Shown: piece by piece, positions 34,110 to 44,409 of the stretch
Position numbering within the stretch: the first letter of the stretch is position 1
Layout of the letters: every line of letters starts with the position of its first letter
NCBI GenBank assembly: GCA_963555995.3
Contig: OY821641.1
Coordinates: forward strand, 2,944,001-3,008,000
DNA: 64,000 bases
Direction of reading: 5' to 3'
Source of the DNA: Vicinamibacteria bacterium
GTDB taxonomy: Bacteria > Acidobacteriota > Vicinamibacteria > Marinacidobacterales > Marinacidobacteraceae
The notes under the pieces: model-generated
What the model was told of the DNA's origin: nothing
Database searches by the model: none
What the model saw: the letters and a program-made list of their open reading frames with translations, nothing else
Translations under genes and position numbers: made by a program

Positions 34110-35048
34110 GTGACCTTCTGGCGGCGCAGGAAACCGAGATGGCCATCGGGGGAGTCCCGCTCCGATCCGTTCGGGGAGTCGCGGTTCCGCGAGGTCCCGG
34201 AGCCGGAGGCGCCGCCGGACGAGGAGTGGACCGGCCCCGACCCGGAGTCCGGGACCTACGAACCCTGGGAGAGCGACGATTTCACGCAACCGGAGGGCTC
34301 GGACGCCGGGGAGTACGACCCGGAACTGGAGGAGGAGGAAGAGGACCGGCCCGGCGTCATCCGGGGCGTCTTCTTCGGCCGGCCGGCGCGGGGAGCACCG
34401 GATACCGAGGCCGCACAGCCGCACGTCGTCTCGACCATCCTCTCGAAGAAGCCCGGGAAGGACGCCGCCCGGGCGGTCGCCGGGACGCTCGGGATCCTCG
34501 CGGTGGTGAGCGCGCTCTACTGGTGGGGGCCGCCGGGCTTCGCGGCGGCGCTCCCCGCGAGCGGCGAGACGGTGTTCGAACGGGGGGAAACCTGGCGCCT
34601 CCTGACCGCGATCGCGGCGCACGCCGACGCCATCCATCTGCTCTCGAACGCCGTCTTCCTCACCTGGCTGATCTACCTCTCCTACGGGGCGTTCGGCCCC
34701 AGCCTCTATCCGTGGAGCGCCGTGCCGCTCTCGGCGGTCGCGCTCGCGGTGACGCTCGAGGGGTATCCGCCGAACATCCGGGTGGTCGGGGCGTCCGGGA
34801 TGCTCTATCTGCTCGCCGGCGCCTGGCTGACGCTCTATGTGCTGGTGGAGCGCCGGCTCTCGGTGGCCAAGCGGATCGTGCGGGTGGTCGGGTTCTTTCT
34901 CGTCGTCCTCGTCCCGACCTCGATCCGTCCCGAAGTGAGTTACCGGGCGCACGGGATCGGATTGTTCTTCGGCATCTGTCTCGGCCTTGCCTACTTCCTG
35001 GCCCGCCGGGACACCATCCGGGCGGGGGAGCGGTGGGAGTGGGATTAG
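34110..35048 (+). CDS. Rhomboid-family intramembrane serine protease with acidic N-terminal extension
   Basis: WRLLTA..AHADAIHLLSN, VGASG, AHGIG. GTG start at 34110 after GGAG is inferred. Confidence 0.85.
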   Translation: MTFWRRRKPRWPSGESRSDPFGESRFREVPEPEAPPDEEWTGPDPESGTYEPWESDDFTQPEGSDAGEYDPELEEEEEDRPGVIRGVFFGRPARGAPDTEAAQPHVVSTILSKKPGKDAARAVAGTLGILAVVSALYWWGPPGFAAALPASGETVFERGETWRLLTAIAAHADAIHLLSNAVFLTWLIYLSYGAFGPSLYPWSAVPLSAVALAVTLEGYPPNIRVVGASGMLYLLAGAWLTLYVLVERRLSVAKRIVRVVGFFLVVLVPTSIRPEVSYRAHGIGLFFGICLGLAYFLARRDTIRAGERWEWD

Positions 35049-35074
35049 CTGGAGCCCGCCGCACGGATGCGCGA

Positions 35075-35140
35075 GGTTGCGACGTGCGCGGCGCGGAGCG
35101 CCGCGGTGCCGGTCTGGAGACCGGCGTTCCAAGCCGGCGC
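35075..35140 (-). repeat. REP-like palindrome module between convergent genes
   Basis: gacgtgcgcggcgcggagcgccgcggt-gccggtctggagaccggc-gttccaagccggcgc. Confidence 0.8.
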
Positions 35141-35157
35141 GCCATTGCGCCGGGCTG

Positions 35158-35838
35158 TCAATCCTCCGGGCGGGAGCGCGGGGTGACGGCGGCGGCGCGT
35201 TCGGAGACCTTGGTGTAGAGCCGGGCCAGGTTGCCGCGCAGGATCGGGTCGTCGCGGAAGGCTTCGGCCTTCTGCACCAGGGGCAGCAGGGAATCGGGCT
35301 CCGGGTCCGGTGAGCGGTCGAGGATTTCCCGCAGTTCGTCGAGTTCGATCGCGGGACGGCGGACGCCGCTCGCCTTCCAGCGCCGGGCGATGCCGGTGAT
35401 TACGGACTGCCGGTCCGCGCCGCGGAACAGCAGGAGCCGGAACGGGTCGGCCGCGAAGTGCTCGGCGATCAGGAGGAGGGCGCGCGCCAGCGTCTCGGAA
35501 GGGCAGTCATACGGACCCAGGACCAGGCGGCTGGGCGGAGGCACGAGCCGCACTCCCTGGCGGGCGAGGACCGACTTGGCCGATCGGGGCAGGTAGCCCG
35601 CGAAGAGGGCGGCGGGATAGAGCGCCTGCTCGGCGAAGACCTCGAAGAAGGCCCGCCACCGCCGCCGGTCCAGGACCGGCGTTTCCAGCAGGACCTCGGT
35701 CGGCCGGAATCCACGCCCCTCCACGAGCACCTGCACGGTGCCGGGAACGACGTTCACCTGGCCCCGGGCACGCCCCTCGGCGCCGTTCCGCGAGGCCCGG
35801 AGGAAGTCCGCCGCCCACCACGGCAGTCCGTCGCTCAT
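35158..35838 (-). CDS. SNF2-associated SWIM-like protein (zinc ligands degenerate)
   Basis: WWAADFL...GQV...PGTVQVLVEG...AALFAGYLP...AEHFAADPFRLLLFRG matches the SWIM partner family. ATGA-coupled to the helicase. Confidence 0.7.
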   Translation of the reverse strand: MSDGLPWWAADFLRASRNGAEGRARGQVNVVPGTVQVLVEGRGFRPTEVLLETPVLDRRRWRAFFEVFAEQALYPAALFAGYLPRSAKSVLARQGVRLVPPPSRLVLGPYDCPSETLARALLLIAEHFAADPFRLLLFRGADRQSVITGIARRWKASGVRRPAIELDELREILDRSPDPEPDSLLPLVQKAEAFRDDPILRGNLARLYTKVSERAAAVTPRSRPED

Positions 35839-38800
35839 TCGGCAACCGCCTCCGGGGCGAGCACCAGCACGTTCTGGAGCGCCTCGGCGGACAGCGAGGT
35901 CAACCAGCCCTCTCCCGTCCCGATCACCGACTCGGCGAGCGCGGACTTCCGCTCGAGGAGGTCGGCGATGCGCTCCTCCAGCGTGCCGGTGCACAGGAAC
36001 TTGTGGACCAGCACCCGCTTGCTCTGGCCGATCCGGAACGCCCGGTCGGTGGCCTGGTTCTCGACCGCGGGGTTCCACCAGCGGTCGTAGTGCACCACGT
36101 GGCTCGCCCGGGTGAGATTGAGGCCGTAGCCGCCGGTCTTGAGCGACACCACGAGCACCGGCGGCGGGTCCGCCGCTTCCTGGAAGCGGGTCACGATGGC
36201 GTCCCGCTCCCGGAGCGAGACCGACCCGTGAAGCACCGGAATCTCGGCATCCAGCACGTTCGAAAGATACGGAGCCAGCAACTTCGCCATCTCCGCGAAC
36301 TGCGTGAAGACCAGCGCCCGCTCCCCCTGCTGGACAACCTCGGTCAGGATCTCGACGAGGCGCGTCAGCTTCCCGGACCGCCCCGACAGCAGCCCGCCCG
36401 CAGCCAGGAAGTTCTCGGGGTGGTTGCAGATCTGCTTGAGGCGGGTCAGGGTGCGCAGGATCTCGCCGCGCCGGGCGAAGCCGGTGTTGCGTTCGATCCG
36501 CTCGAGGCACTGGTCCACGGCCGCCTGGTAGAGCGAGGCCTGCTCGACGGTGAGGTTGCAATAGACGCGGGTCTGGTGTTTCTCCGGCAGGTCGCGGATG
36601 ACCTTGGGGTCGGTCTTGAGCCGGCGCAAGATGAAGGGACGGACGAGCCGGCGGAGCTCCTCGGTCGCCTCCGGGTCCTGCGCGCCTTCGACGGCGGCGG
36701 TGAAGGTCCGCCGGAAGGTGCGTTCCGGACCCAGGAAACCCGGGTTCAGGATCTCCATGATGGACCAGAGATCGGTGAGGCGGTTCTCGAGCGGCGTCCC
36801 GGTGAGCGCGAAGCGGATGGGCGCCCGGAGCCGGCGGACCGCCCGCGTCTGCTTGGCCCCCGGGTTCTTCAGGTTCTGCGCCTCATCCACGATGAGGCCG
36901 CCCCACTCCACGTCGCGCAACTGGTCGAAGTCGCGGTGGGTGATCCCGAAGGAACACACCACGAGGTCGCTCTCGTCGAGCGCCCGCGACAGTTCGGCGC
37001 CGCGCGACCGTCCCGCGCCCTGGCGGACGTGAAGGCGCAGCGAGGGGGCGAAGCGCTCGGTTTCCTTCCTCCAGTTGGCGACGATGGAGTTGGGGCACAC
37101 GAGGAGCCACGGCCGCGTCAGGCGGCCTGCCTCCTGCTCCCCGAGCAGGAAGGTGAGGGCCTGACAGGTCTTGCCGAGCCCCATGTCGTCCGCGAGACAG
37201 CCGCCAAGGCCGTGGTCCGCCAGCAGGCGCAGCCAGCCGTAGCCGACCCGCTGGTAGGGCCGGAGTTCCGTCTTCAGGCCGGACGGCGGATCGAGCGGTC
37301 CCAGCTCCTCCGCGGCCGCTTCGAGGGCGTTGAACAGCGATCCGATCCAGGCCTCGCCCTCGATCTGCGACAGCACCGGCGCCGCTTCCTCCGGCTCGAA
37401 GAGGTCGGGCGCCGGCGAAGCGAGCCGCAGCCGCTCGCGAAGCGCGTCCCGCAGCACCGGAGACCGGTCCGCGTGCGCCCGGCGGCGCGCCGCCTCGGTG
37501 AAGAGCCGGTTCACGGCGTCCTGGTCCAGCTCCACCCAGGCGTCGCTCGCCCGCACCAGCCGCCGTTTTCCGCGGGTCAGCCGCCGGAACTCGTCCAGCG
37601 TCCAGGTGTGGTCGTCAATGGCCACCTCCCAGGCGTAGTTCACCAGCGCGTCGAGGCCGACGCCCCCACCGGGAGCCGACCCGCCCAGTTCCGCCGCCCG
37701 CACGGTGCGCGGGACCGGACCGGAGGAACCGGTGTCCGGCCGGACGGTGAGCCGCAGGGTCGGTTTCCGCCCGCGCCGTCCGGCGAGGGTGGGCGGGATG
37801 CGGACCTCGAACCCCCGGCGCGCCAGCGCTTCCTGCCCCTCGTGGAGGAACTCGTACGCCTCGGCGGCCGATACCGGGACGTCCTCGGGACCCGCGCACT
37901 CGAGGCCGCGTTCGAGCAACGGGCAGGCGCGCGCCGCCCGGCCCAGGTTCTCGAGGAGCGGGATCGCCGGGTCGGCGATGCCGAAGCGGCGGAGGTTGGC
38001 CGCCGCGTCGCGGGCGTTCCAGACCTCGCCGAGCGGCGCGAGGACCTCCCCGGCGGAAGCCGCAGCGCCCACCTCCGCCGCGGCGCCACCGGGGTCCGGA
38101 GGAATCACGAGCCCGAAGCGGATCCGCCAGCGGAGCGCGTCGGGGTCCGCCGCGGCGGGCTTCGTCTCGGACTCCTCGGCCGGGGGTTCGAGCAGGAAGA
38201 CCAGCCGCGCGCTGCCGACCGCTCCCGCATCCGGGTCCGCCGTCCCGCCGCCGAGCGCGTCGTCCACGCGCCAGAGCGCCTCGGCGCCCTCGCCGTCCAG
38301 CCCGCCGGAGGCGCCCGAGAAAAGGTCATCGAGGACCCGCTCGAGGACTTCCCGCCGGTCGCCGGGGGCGCCCGCCGCCCCCGGCGACCAGCCGAGGCGC
38401 CGCCCCGCGTCGCGAATGACGCTGTCGCCGAGCGCCACCAGATAGCCGCTGATGGCCGTCTCGGCGTCCAGTCCGCCGAGGGCCGCCGGCGGCGCCGCGA
38501 GCCGCAGCGCGTCGAGTTCCCGCTGCTGGGAGCCGAGGTCCGCCCGCCAGAGCGCGGCGCCGTCACTCCCGTTCTGGTGAACCGTGGGACGGAAGCGGCC
38601 GCGGGACAGCAGCCCCAGCAGGAAGCGGCTGGCCAGCGACCAGAAGCGAAGCGACGCCGACCGGAAATCGGGATCGCCCTCGCGCGGCGCGCAGGCCGCG
38701 AGCGTTGCCGCCGCTTCGAGCGGCGCCAGCGTCAGTCCGGGACCACCGGAATCCGGCGAACCGGACTCGAGGGCGGCCGGCTCGACCCGGGCCGGCCAAC

Positions 38801-38966
38801 GGTCTCCCACCCGCCGGCCGAGCCACGCCGAGAGCTCGCCGGGCGGCACGCCGGGCGCCCAGAAGTGGAGATGCCCGGTGGTCGCCAGCGTGGCTTCGAG
38901 ACGGAAGGAAGGGGCCGGGCGGGACAGAATCGGCCAGTGTACGACAGCCTGTGGCCCGCACTTCAA
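35835..38966 (-). CDS. SNF2-family DEAD/DEAH helicase
   Basis: LRPYQRVG, GGCLADDMGLGKT, VDEAQNLKN, ALTGTPLEN, SGKL, GGYGLNLT, DRWWNPAVENQATDRAFRIGQ. Start uncertain. Confidence 0.95.
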   Translation of the reverse strand: MKCGPQAVVHWPILSRPAPSFRLEATLATTGHLHFWAPGVPPGELSAWLGRRVGDRWPARVEPAALESGSPDSGGPGLTLAPLEAAATLAACAPREGDPDFRSASLRFWSLASRFLLGLLSRGRFRPTVHQNGSDGAALWRADLGSQQRELDALRLAAPPAALGGLDAETAISGYLVALGDSVIRDAGRRLGWSPGAAGAPGDRREVLERVLDDLFSGASGGLDGEGAEALWRVDDALGGGTADPDAGAVGSARLVFLLEPPAEESETKPAAADPDALRWRIRFGLVIPPDPGGAAAEVGAAASAGEVLAPLGEVWNARDAAANLRRFGIADPAIPLLENLGRAARACPLLERGLECAGPEDVPVSAAEAYEFLHEGQEALARRGFEVRIPPTLAGRRGRKPTLRLTVRPDTGSSGPVPRTVRAAELGGSAPGGGVGLDALVNYAWEVAIDDHTWTLDEFRRLTRGKRRLVRASDAWVELDQDAVNRLFTEAARRRAHADRSPVLRDALRERLRLASPAPDLFEPEEAAPVLSQIEGEAWIGSLFNALEAAAEELGPLDPPSGLKTELRPYQRVGYGWLRLLADHGLGGCLADDMGLGKTCQALTFLLGEQEAGRLTRPWLLVCPNSIVANWRKETERFAPSLRLHVRQGAGRSRGAELSRALDESDLVVCSFGITHRDFDQLRDVEWGGLIVDEAQNLKNPGAKQTRAVRRLRAPIRFALTGTPLENRLTDLWSIMEILNPGFLGPERTFRRTFTAAVEGAQDPEATEELRRLVRPFILRRLKTDPKVIRDLPEKHQTRVYCNLTVEQASLYQAAVDQCLERIERNTGFARRGEILRTLTRLKQICNHPENFLAAGGLLSGRSGKLTRLVEILTEVVQQGERALVFTQFAEMAKLLAPYLSNVLDAEIPVLHGSVSLRERDAIVTRFQEAADPPPVLVVSLKTGGYGLNLTRASHVVHYDRWWNPAVENQATDRAFRIGQSKRVLVHKFLCTGTLEERIADLLERKSALAESVIGTGEGWLTSLSAEALQNVLVLAPEAVAE

Positions 38967-39005
38967 GCAGAAACTTAACTGTTGTGGATTTGCTGCTGAG
39001 AGCGG

Positions 39006-39917
39006 CTATTCCCGCGCTTCGAACGCGACCGTCGCGACCAGCGGGCAGTGGTCCGAGAGCCGGTCGCGCGCCGCCTCCGGCGCCCCGTAGAGCACCTCGG
39101 TGAATGCCCGGAAGCCGGCTTCCCGGCCCGGCGGCGGGAAGGCGACGATGTGGTCCACATGGTGATCGAAGCGGCCGTCCCAGCACGCGGGCGAGCGGCC
39201 CGGGGGCGGGAGAACGAGCGCCTCGCCGGGCATGCCGGCCGCCGCCTCGTCGCCCGGGCGGGACAGGAACCGGTTCCAGTCGCCCGCCACCACGGTGGGG
39301 ATTTGCTCCTCGATGCGTTCGAAGAGCCAGCCCCCCAGGACGGCGAACTGCATCCGCAGGAAGCCGCACTGCCGTTTGCCGGAACGGAGCGGTTCGCCGG
39401 GGCAGCCGGACTGGAAGTGGACGGTGAGCATCCGCACCCGCTCGTCGCCCCGGGTGAGCGTGAGGTCCACCCCGTGCCGGTCGCGGCCCTGCGGGGACCA
39501 CTCGATGACGTCCGGGTGCCGTTCGGCGCGCCAGCCCGCCGAGCGGCGCACCACGACGGCGGTGCGCTGGGACCATTCCGGATCGGTCGCGCGCGTCGAG
39601 AGGAAGAGGTCCCAGTCGTCCGCCGGGAAGATCCGGCGGACCGCGGCCGCGTTCTCGACCTCCTGAAGCCCGACCACTTCGACATCGAGGGCGACAAGCC
39701 GCGCCACGACGCCCCGGAGCCGCTCGAAATCGGCCTTCTGCCGCAGGAACCGGCCGCCGCGCCGGTTGCCCCGAAGCACCCCGTCCCGGACCCCGTCTCC
39801 GAACCAGGCGATGTTCCAGGTCGCGACGGTGATCTCGGTGGGCAGTTGCCCCGCGGCGACTCCGGACCCGAGCAGGACCAGGACGAGGACCGCCGCCGGG
39901 CAACACGAGCGCTTCAC
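39006..39917 (-). CDS. Exported endonuclease/exonuclease/phosphatase-family protein
   Basis: Signal peptide, ATWNIAW, GLQEVEN, VAGDWN, VDHI, LSDHCP. GTG start inferred. Confidence 0.88.
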   Translation of the reverse strand: MKRSCCPAAVLVLVLLGSGVAAGQLPTEITVATWNIAWFGDGVRDGVLRGNRRGGRFLRQKADFERLRGVVARLVALDVEVVGLQEVENAAAVRRIFPADDWDLFLSTRATDPEWSQRTAVVVRRSAGWRAERHPDVIEWSPQGRDRHGVDLTLTRGDERVRMLTVHFQSGCPGEPLRSGKRQCGFLRMQFAVLGGWLFERIEEQIPTVVAGDWNRFLSRPGDEAAAGMPGEALVLPPPGRSPACWDGRFDHHVDHIVAFPPPGREAGFRAFTEVLYGAPEAARDRLSDHCPLVATVAFEARE

Positions 39918-39954
39918 CGCCCGCACCTTACAAGGACACAAGCCGCACGCCGGC

Positions 39955-40262
39955 TCGGAGCGCCGGCCTCTGGCCGGCATCGCTCCCCGCAGGGGAGCGT
40001 GACACGCAACCCCACCGACCCGGATGGCGTGATCCCAACCGAGAACGGCGCAACGCCGCCCCAAAACAGCCGAACGTAGCCCCATTCACGGGGAGGAGCG
40101 CCCTCAGCGCGGGTTTCGCGCTCCCGCGCGATGCCAGCCGGAGGCTGGCGCTCCGAGCCCGAGCCATTTCCGCCGTTTTCATGACCGGCGGGGTGTGCAG
40201 GACGACCGATCATGAAGGTTTCGCGCTCCGCTCGGCAGCCGGCCGGAAGGCTGGCGCTCCGA
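39955..40262. repeat. Cluster of three divergent REP-like palindromes
   Basis: ggagcgccggcctctggccggca (39957), gccagccggaggctggcgctcc (40133), gccggccggaaggctggcgctcc (40238). A catgaccggcggggtg motif is shared with the 316-bp unit. Confidence 0.7.
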
Positions 40263-40283
40263 CGCGGACCGGCGGAACGCGGG

Positions 40284-41453
40284 TTAGCTGGTAGGCGGGG
40301 CGTGGGCGACCCGGGGAGGGCGGTGCGCCTTCAGTCCGAAGGGACTGAGGTCCCGTCGCTGCGGCCGTTCCAGGGCGAGGTCCGCCACGATGCGGCCGAC
40401 CACGCCGCAGAACTTGAAGCCGTGGCCCGAGAACCCGGCGGCGACGAACACGTTCTCGTGGTCCGGGTGGCGGTCGAGGATGAAGTGCCCGTCCGGGCTG
40501 TTGGTGAACAGGCACGCCGTCATGCGGCGCGTGGGACCGTTCGCCCGCGGGAAGAACGCCTCGATCCCCTCGCGCAGGACGGCCTCGTCCTCCGGGCGGC
40601 ACTCCCGGTCCATGGCGTCCGGGTCGGGAACCTCCTGCCGGAGGTGGTGGAATCTGCCGATCTTGAACCCCTCGCCGCCGTTGTCGGGAAAGCCGTAGAA
40701 GTTGCCGACCGCCGACTCCAGCACGAACACCGGGAACCGCTCCGGGGCGAACGCCGGCGGGTCGAGCGGGTCCGTCCACAGCATGACCTGCCGCACCGGC
40801 CGGCACATCAGCCGCAGCGCGGGCAGCAGCTCGCCCGCCCACGCGCCGGCGGTGATCACGAGCTTCCGGGCCTCGTAGCGAGCGTCTTCGGTCTCGACCC
40901 GCACGCCCCCCGGAACCGGGTCCCAGCCGCGCACCCGGACGCCGGTGGCGATGTCGGCGCCGAGGGAGCGCGCCGCCGCCGCGTGGACCCGGATCGCCGT
41001 TTCGCAGAGCAGGTACCCGGCATCCCGCTGGTGGATCGCGCGCATCCCCGCCGGGAGCTCACAGCCCGGGAACCGGCGGTTCACCTCCCGGCCGTCGAGT
41101 TCCTCGAACGACAGACCGTGTTCGATGCAGGACGCCAGAGACCCCTGGACGATTCCCCCCGACGGCGGCCCGACATCGAGGCCGCCGGTCACCCGGAGGA
41201 TGGACTCCCCGGAGACCTCCTCCAGTTCCCGCCAGAGGCGATAGGCCTCGCGCAGCAGCGGGACGTAGTGGGAACCCTCGGAATAGGCGAGCCGGATGAT
41301 CCGGGTCAGGCCGTGGGAGGAGCCGAACGAATGCGGGATGTCGAACCGCTCGACCCCGAGCACCCGCGCGCCGCTCTTCGCCAGGTGGTAGACGGCGGCG
41401 CTCCCCATCCCGCCGACGCCGATGACGATGGCGTCGTAGAGGGGCGAACTCAC
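40284..41453 (-). CDS. solA: N-methyl-L-tryptophan oxidase / monomeric sarcosine oxidase-like flavoprotein
   Basis: YDAIVIGVGGMGSA, GSSHGLTRIIRLAY, ITAGAW, CLFTNSPDGHFILD, GFSGHGFKF. Confidence 0.88.
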   Translation of the reverse strand: MSSPLYDAIVIGVGGMGSAAVYHLAKSGARVLGVERFDIPHSFGSSHGLTRIIRLAYSEGSHYVPLLREAYRLWRELEEVSGESILRVTGGLDVGPPSGGIVQGSLASCIEHGLSFEELDGREVNRRFPGCELPAGMRAIHQRDAGYLLCETAIRVHAAAARSLGADIATGVRVRGWDPVPGGVRVETEDARYEARKLVITAGAWAGELLPALRLMCRPVRQVMLWTDPLDPPAFAPERFPVFVLESAVGNFYGFPDNGGEGFKIGRFHHLRQEVPDPDAMDRECRPEDEAVLREGIEAFFPRANGPTRRMTACLFTNSPDGHFILDRHPDHENVFVAAGFSGHGFKFCGVVGRIVADLALERPQRRDLSPFGLKAHRPPRVAHAPPTS

Positions 41454-41553
41454 GAGGCAACCGTTCCTGGGCGTCACCCGGCCAGCAACCCGCCAGGGGC
41501 GCCAGCCGGGGACAGATGGTTCAGGTTACCTGTGTTGTCGCGCGATGACCCCC

Positions 41554-42987
41554 CTACGGCCCCGGTCCGGTCACTCGCCGGAGGCGTACGACCGCGCCCG
41601 CGCCGGCGAGGACCAGCAGTCCGCCGAGCGCCGCGAGCGGAATCAAGGCCCGCGCCGTGACCTCCCGCATCCGCTCGTCCACGAAGCGGAACGACGGCAG
41701 CGCGGGCAGGACCTCCGCGGTCATCTGTTCGCCCGCGAGGATGGCGGGCACGAAGAAGGTCCGCCAGCGTTCCGCGAACTCGCGGACCTGGGACTGGAAG
41801 CGGGCGAAGCGCGCGTCTCCGGTGCCGGCCGCATCCAGCAGCGCCTCCTGCGTCAGGAGCGCGGGGGACAGGAACCGGTAGCGGCGCACCAGCGCCTGCT
41901 GCGCGGCCAGGCGCTCGTCGTGCACGCTGGTCACCTCTTCCAGCCGGCGATTCACCGCATCGGTGGCGGCCCACGCGAGCGCCGCGCGGTTCGCCTCGTC
42001 CGCCGCCACCCCGCCGGCCAGTTCGGGATGATCTTCCAGGTAGCGCGCCAGCAGTTCGCTCCGCTGGCTCACCGCCTCGTTCGAGGCCTCGCGCTGGGCG
42101 GTGATCATCTCCACCCGGGACGGCAGCGGATGCAGCAGCCCGGCCGTGATGTTCACGGCGGCGGGAAGGACCACCACCAGCAGCAGCCAGGCGCCCACCA
42201 GCACGGTGGCGTTCCAGGGCGACGACCGGCCGAGGCCGTTCACCCAGGCGGCCAGGGTGAACCAGAAGAGCGCGTAGGCGGCGACCGCCGCGCACCAGAG
42301 CGCGACCCGGCCCGGAGACTCGAACCCCCCGCTGACGAGGACCCCGAGCAGCGACACCCCGAGCGCCAGCCCCATCACCAGAATCGCCCGGAAGGCCAGC
42401 TTGGCGCTCACCACCCCGCGGACCGAGACCGGCTGGGAGAGGGTCAGCGCCAGCGTTCCCTGCTCGCGTTCCCCGGAGAGGACGTTGAAGCTGAGCGCGA
42501 GGATCAGCAGCGGCAGCAGGTACACCACCACGAAGGCCAGATCGAAGCGCCCCACCAGCAGGTTCAGCGGGTTCTCGATCTCGCCGTTCTGCAGGAACGA
42601 GGACTCGTTGGTCTGGATGCTGACGTCGTAGTAGTAGGGCAACAAGTCGGTCTGTCCCACCGCGAGCGCGGTCAGCGGACCGGGGTCCAGCACCGCCGTG
42701 TGGGCGCCGGAAGCTCCCCCGAGGACGCTGGGGGACCGGGGGTCCCGGAACGGCGAGGACGGCCGCCCGCCGTCGGCGATCCGTTGCAGCTCCGCCTCGA
42801 GGGTCCGCACCCGTTCGACGTTGCCTTCCCGGGCGGCGGCGACAGTCTCTTCCTGGAAGGCGACCCACGCCATGCCGTTCGCGAGCGCGTAGGCGAACAG
42901 GAGGGCGAACACCCCCAGCACCAGACCGAGCGCGCGGTCGGCGCGGAGCAGGCGCCACTCGTTCCGCAGAACGGTGCGCAGGGTCAT
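41554..42987 (-). CDS. ABC-2-type permease, DUF3526 family
   Basis: ENPLNLLVGRFDLAFVVVYLLPLLILAL, SGEREQGTL, LHPLPSR, FLSPALL...AGTG. Confidence 0.85.
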   Translation of the reverse strand: MTLRTVLRNEWRLLRADRALGLVLGVFALLFAYALANGMAWVAFQEETVAAAREGNVERVRTLEAELQRIADGGRPSSPFRDPRSPSVLGGASGAHTAVLDPGPLTALAVGQTDLLPYYYDVSIQTNESSFLQNGEIENPLNLLVGRFDLAFVVVYLLPLLILALSFNVLSGEREQGTLALTLSQPVSVRGVVSAKLAFRAILVMGLALGVSLLGVLVSGGFESPGRVALWCAAVAAYALFWFTLAAWVNGLGRSSPWNATVLVGAWLLLVVVLPAAVNITAGLLHPLPSRVEMITAQREASNEAVSQRSELLARYLEDHPELAGGVAADEANRAALAWAATDAVNRRLEEVTSVHDERLAAQQALVRRYRFLSPALLTQEALLDAAGTGDARFARFQSQVREFAERWRTFFVPAILAGEQMTAEVLPALPSFRFVDERMREVTARALIPLAALGGLLVLAGAGAVVRLRRVTGPGP

Positions 42988-42989
42988 GG

Positions 42990-44399
42990 CTAGGCGACCT
43001 CCGCGCGCCGCACCAGCGACCCGGCGAACAGGAACGCGCCCACCAGCCACAGCCCGAGCATGGCGAGGGACAGCGTCCGGTTGCGGAGCACCCATCCGAG
43101 CGAGGGCGCGTCATAGTCGAAAGGCGGCACCTCCGCCCAGGTGTCCGCGGTGGCGATGTAGGTCTCCCCGGTGCGGGAGTTCTCCGCCAGGTCGCCGTTC
43201 ATCCGGCGCATCAGGTCGCGCCGGTACTGCTCCGCCGCGGTGGCGAAGTGCCGGTGTTGTTCGACGTCGGTTCCGGCGAGCCCCATGGAGAGGGTGCGTA
43301 CCGCGAGGAGCGGCGCGGCGACCGAGAGGGCCTCGTGCACCACCCCCTGCCGCTCGAACCGGTTCCAGAGGGCGCCGTAGTTGCGGTCGAAGATCCGGTT
43401 CGCGAACTCCTCGCTCTCCTGGAGGTACACGCCGATGACGTTCACGGGAAGGTCGTCCACGGTCTCCACGCCGTGCTCCGCGAGCAGGCGGGCGGTCGTC
43501 TCGTCACGGTCGGGCCGCTCGATCCCCGGGACGCCGGAATAGATCTCCCGCTCCATGGTGCGGGCGAACTCGACGGCCGAAGGCGTGGGGTGCAGCCACT
43601 TCGAGAGGTCCACCGCGACGCGCGGCGCCACCAGCCCGTTCAGCACCCAGATGCCGAGCAGCGCCACGAGCGCCGTCCGCGCCGACCGGACCCACGCCGA
43701 GACGGCGAGGGACAGGGCGACGAAGACCCCGAAGTAGGCCAGGTAGCCGGCGGCGAGCACCGCGCCCCGCGCGAACGGGGTGGCGGCCGGGCCGGGGCTG
43801 CCGACGGTGATCGCGGCGCTTCCCACGATGGCCGCCGGGATCAGGAGCAGCGCGAGCGCGCCCGCCACCCCGAGGGCCTTGCCGAGGGCCAGGTCCCGCC
43901 GGGAGATCCCGGTGGCCAGGAGCTGCCGGAGGGTGCCCTGCTCGCGTTCCCCCGCGAGCGCGCCGAAGGCGAGCAGGATGATGAGCAGCGGCACCAGGTA
44001 CTGGAGGACCTGCGCCGCGGTGAGGGCGCCGAGCCGCTGGCCGGCGGTGGCGTCCTGCGCCGGTCGCATGAGGAAGTCGTTCTGGCGGTGGGCCTCCAGC
44101 CAGACCGAGGTGCCGGTGTAGGGGTCCACGCCCTGGTCGAGGAACGACAGGGGAAGCCGCGGCTTGAAGGCGTAGATGCCGTAGTGCGCCGCCGAGTGGG
44201 GGTTCTTCTCCCCCTGGGACTCCCAGTGGTCGCGGGCCGTCTCGCGGGCGGCGGCGTGGGCGGCCTCGGCCCGCCGGGTCTCGACCAGGCCGCTGCCCAG
44301 CGAAACGAGCAGCAGCACGCCCACGATGGCCGCGCACCAGCGGAAGCGGCCGTCCCGGAGCAGGTCGGTGAACTCTTTTCTGACGATGTGCCGGATCAT
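42990..44399 (-). CDS. ABC-2-type permease, DUF3526 family
   Basis: KNPHSAAHYGIYAFKP, DQGVDPYTGTSVWLEAHRQN, GEREQGTLRQLL, SMGLAGTD..H.HF..AAEQYR. Confidence 0.88.
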   Translation of the reverse strand: MIRHIVRKEFTDLLRDGRFRWCAAIVGVLLLVSLGSGLVETRRAEAAHAAARETARDHWESQGEKNPHSAAHYGIYAFKPRLPLSFLDQGVDPYTGTSVWLEAHRQNDFLMRPAQDATAGQRLGALTAAQVLQYLVPLLIILLAFGALAGEREQGTLRQLLATGISRRDLALGKALGVAGALALLLIPAAIVGSAAITVGSPGPAATPFARGAVLAAGYLAYFGVFVALSLAVSAWVRSARTALVALLGIWVLNGLVAPRVAVDLSKWLHPTPSAVEFARTMEREIYSGVPGIERPDRDETTARLLAEHGVETVDDLPVNVIGVYLQESEEFANRIFDRNYGALWNRFERQGVVHEALSVAAPLLAVRTLSMGLAGTDVEQHRHFATAAEQYRRDLMRRMNGDLAENSRTGETYIATADTWAEVPPFDYDAPSLGWVLRNRTLSLAMLGLWLVGAFLFAGSLVRRAEVA

Positions 44400-44409
44400 G
44401 ACGTCCCTC

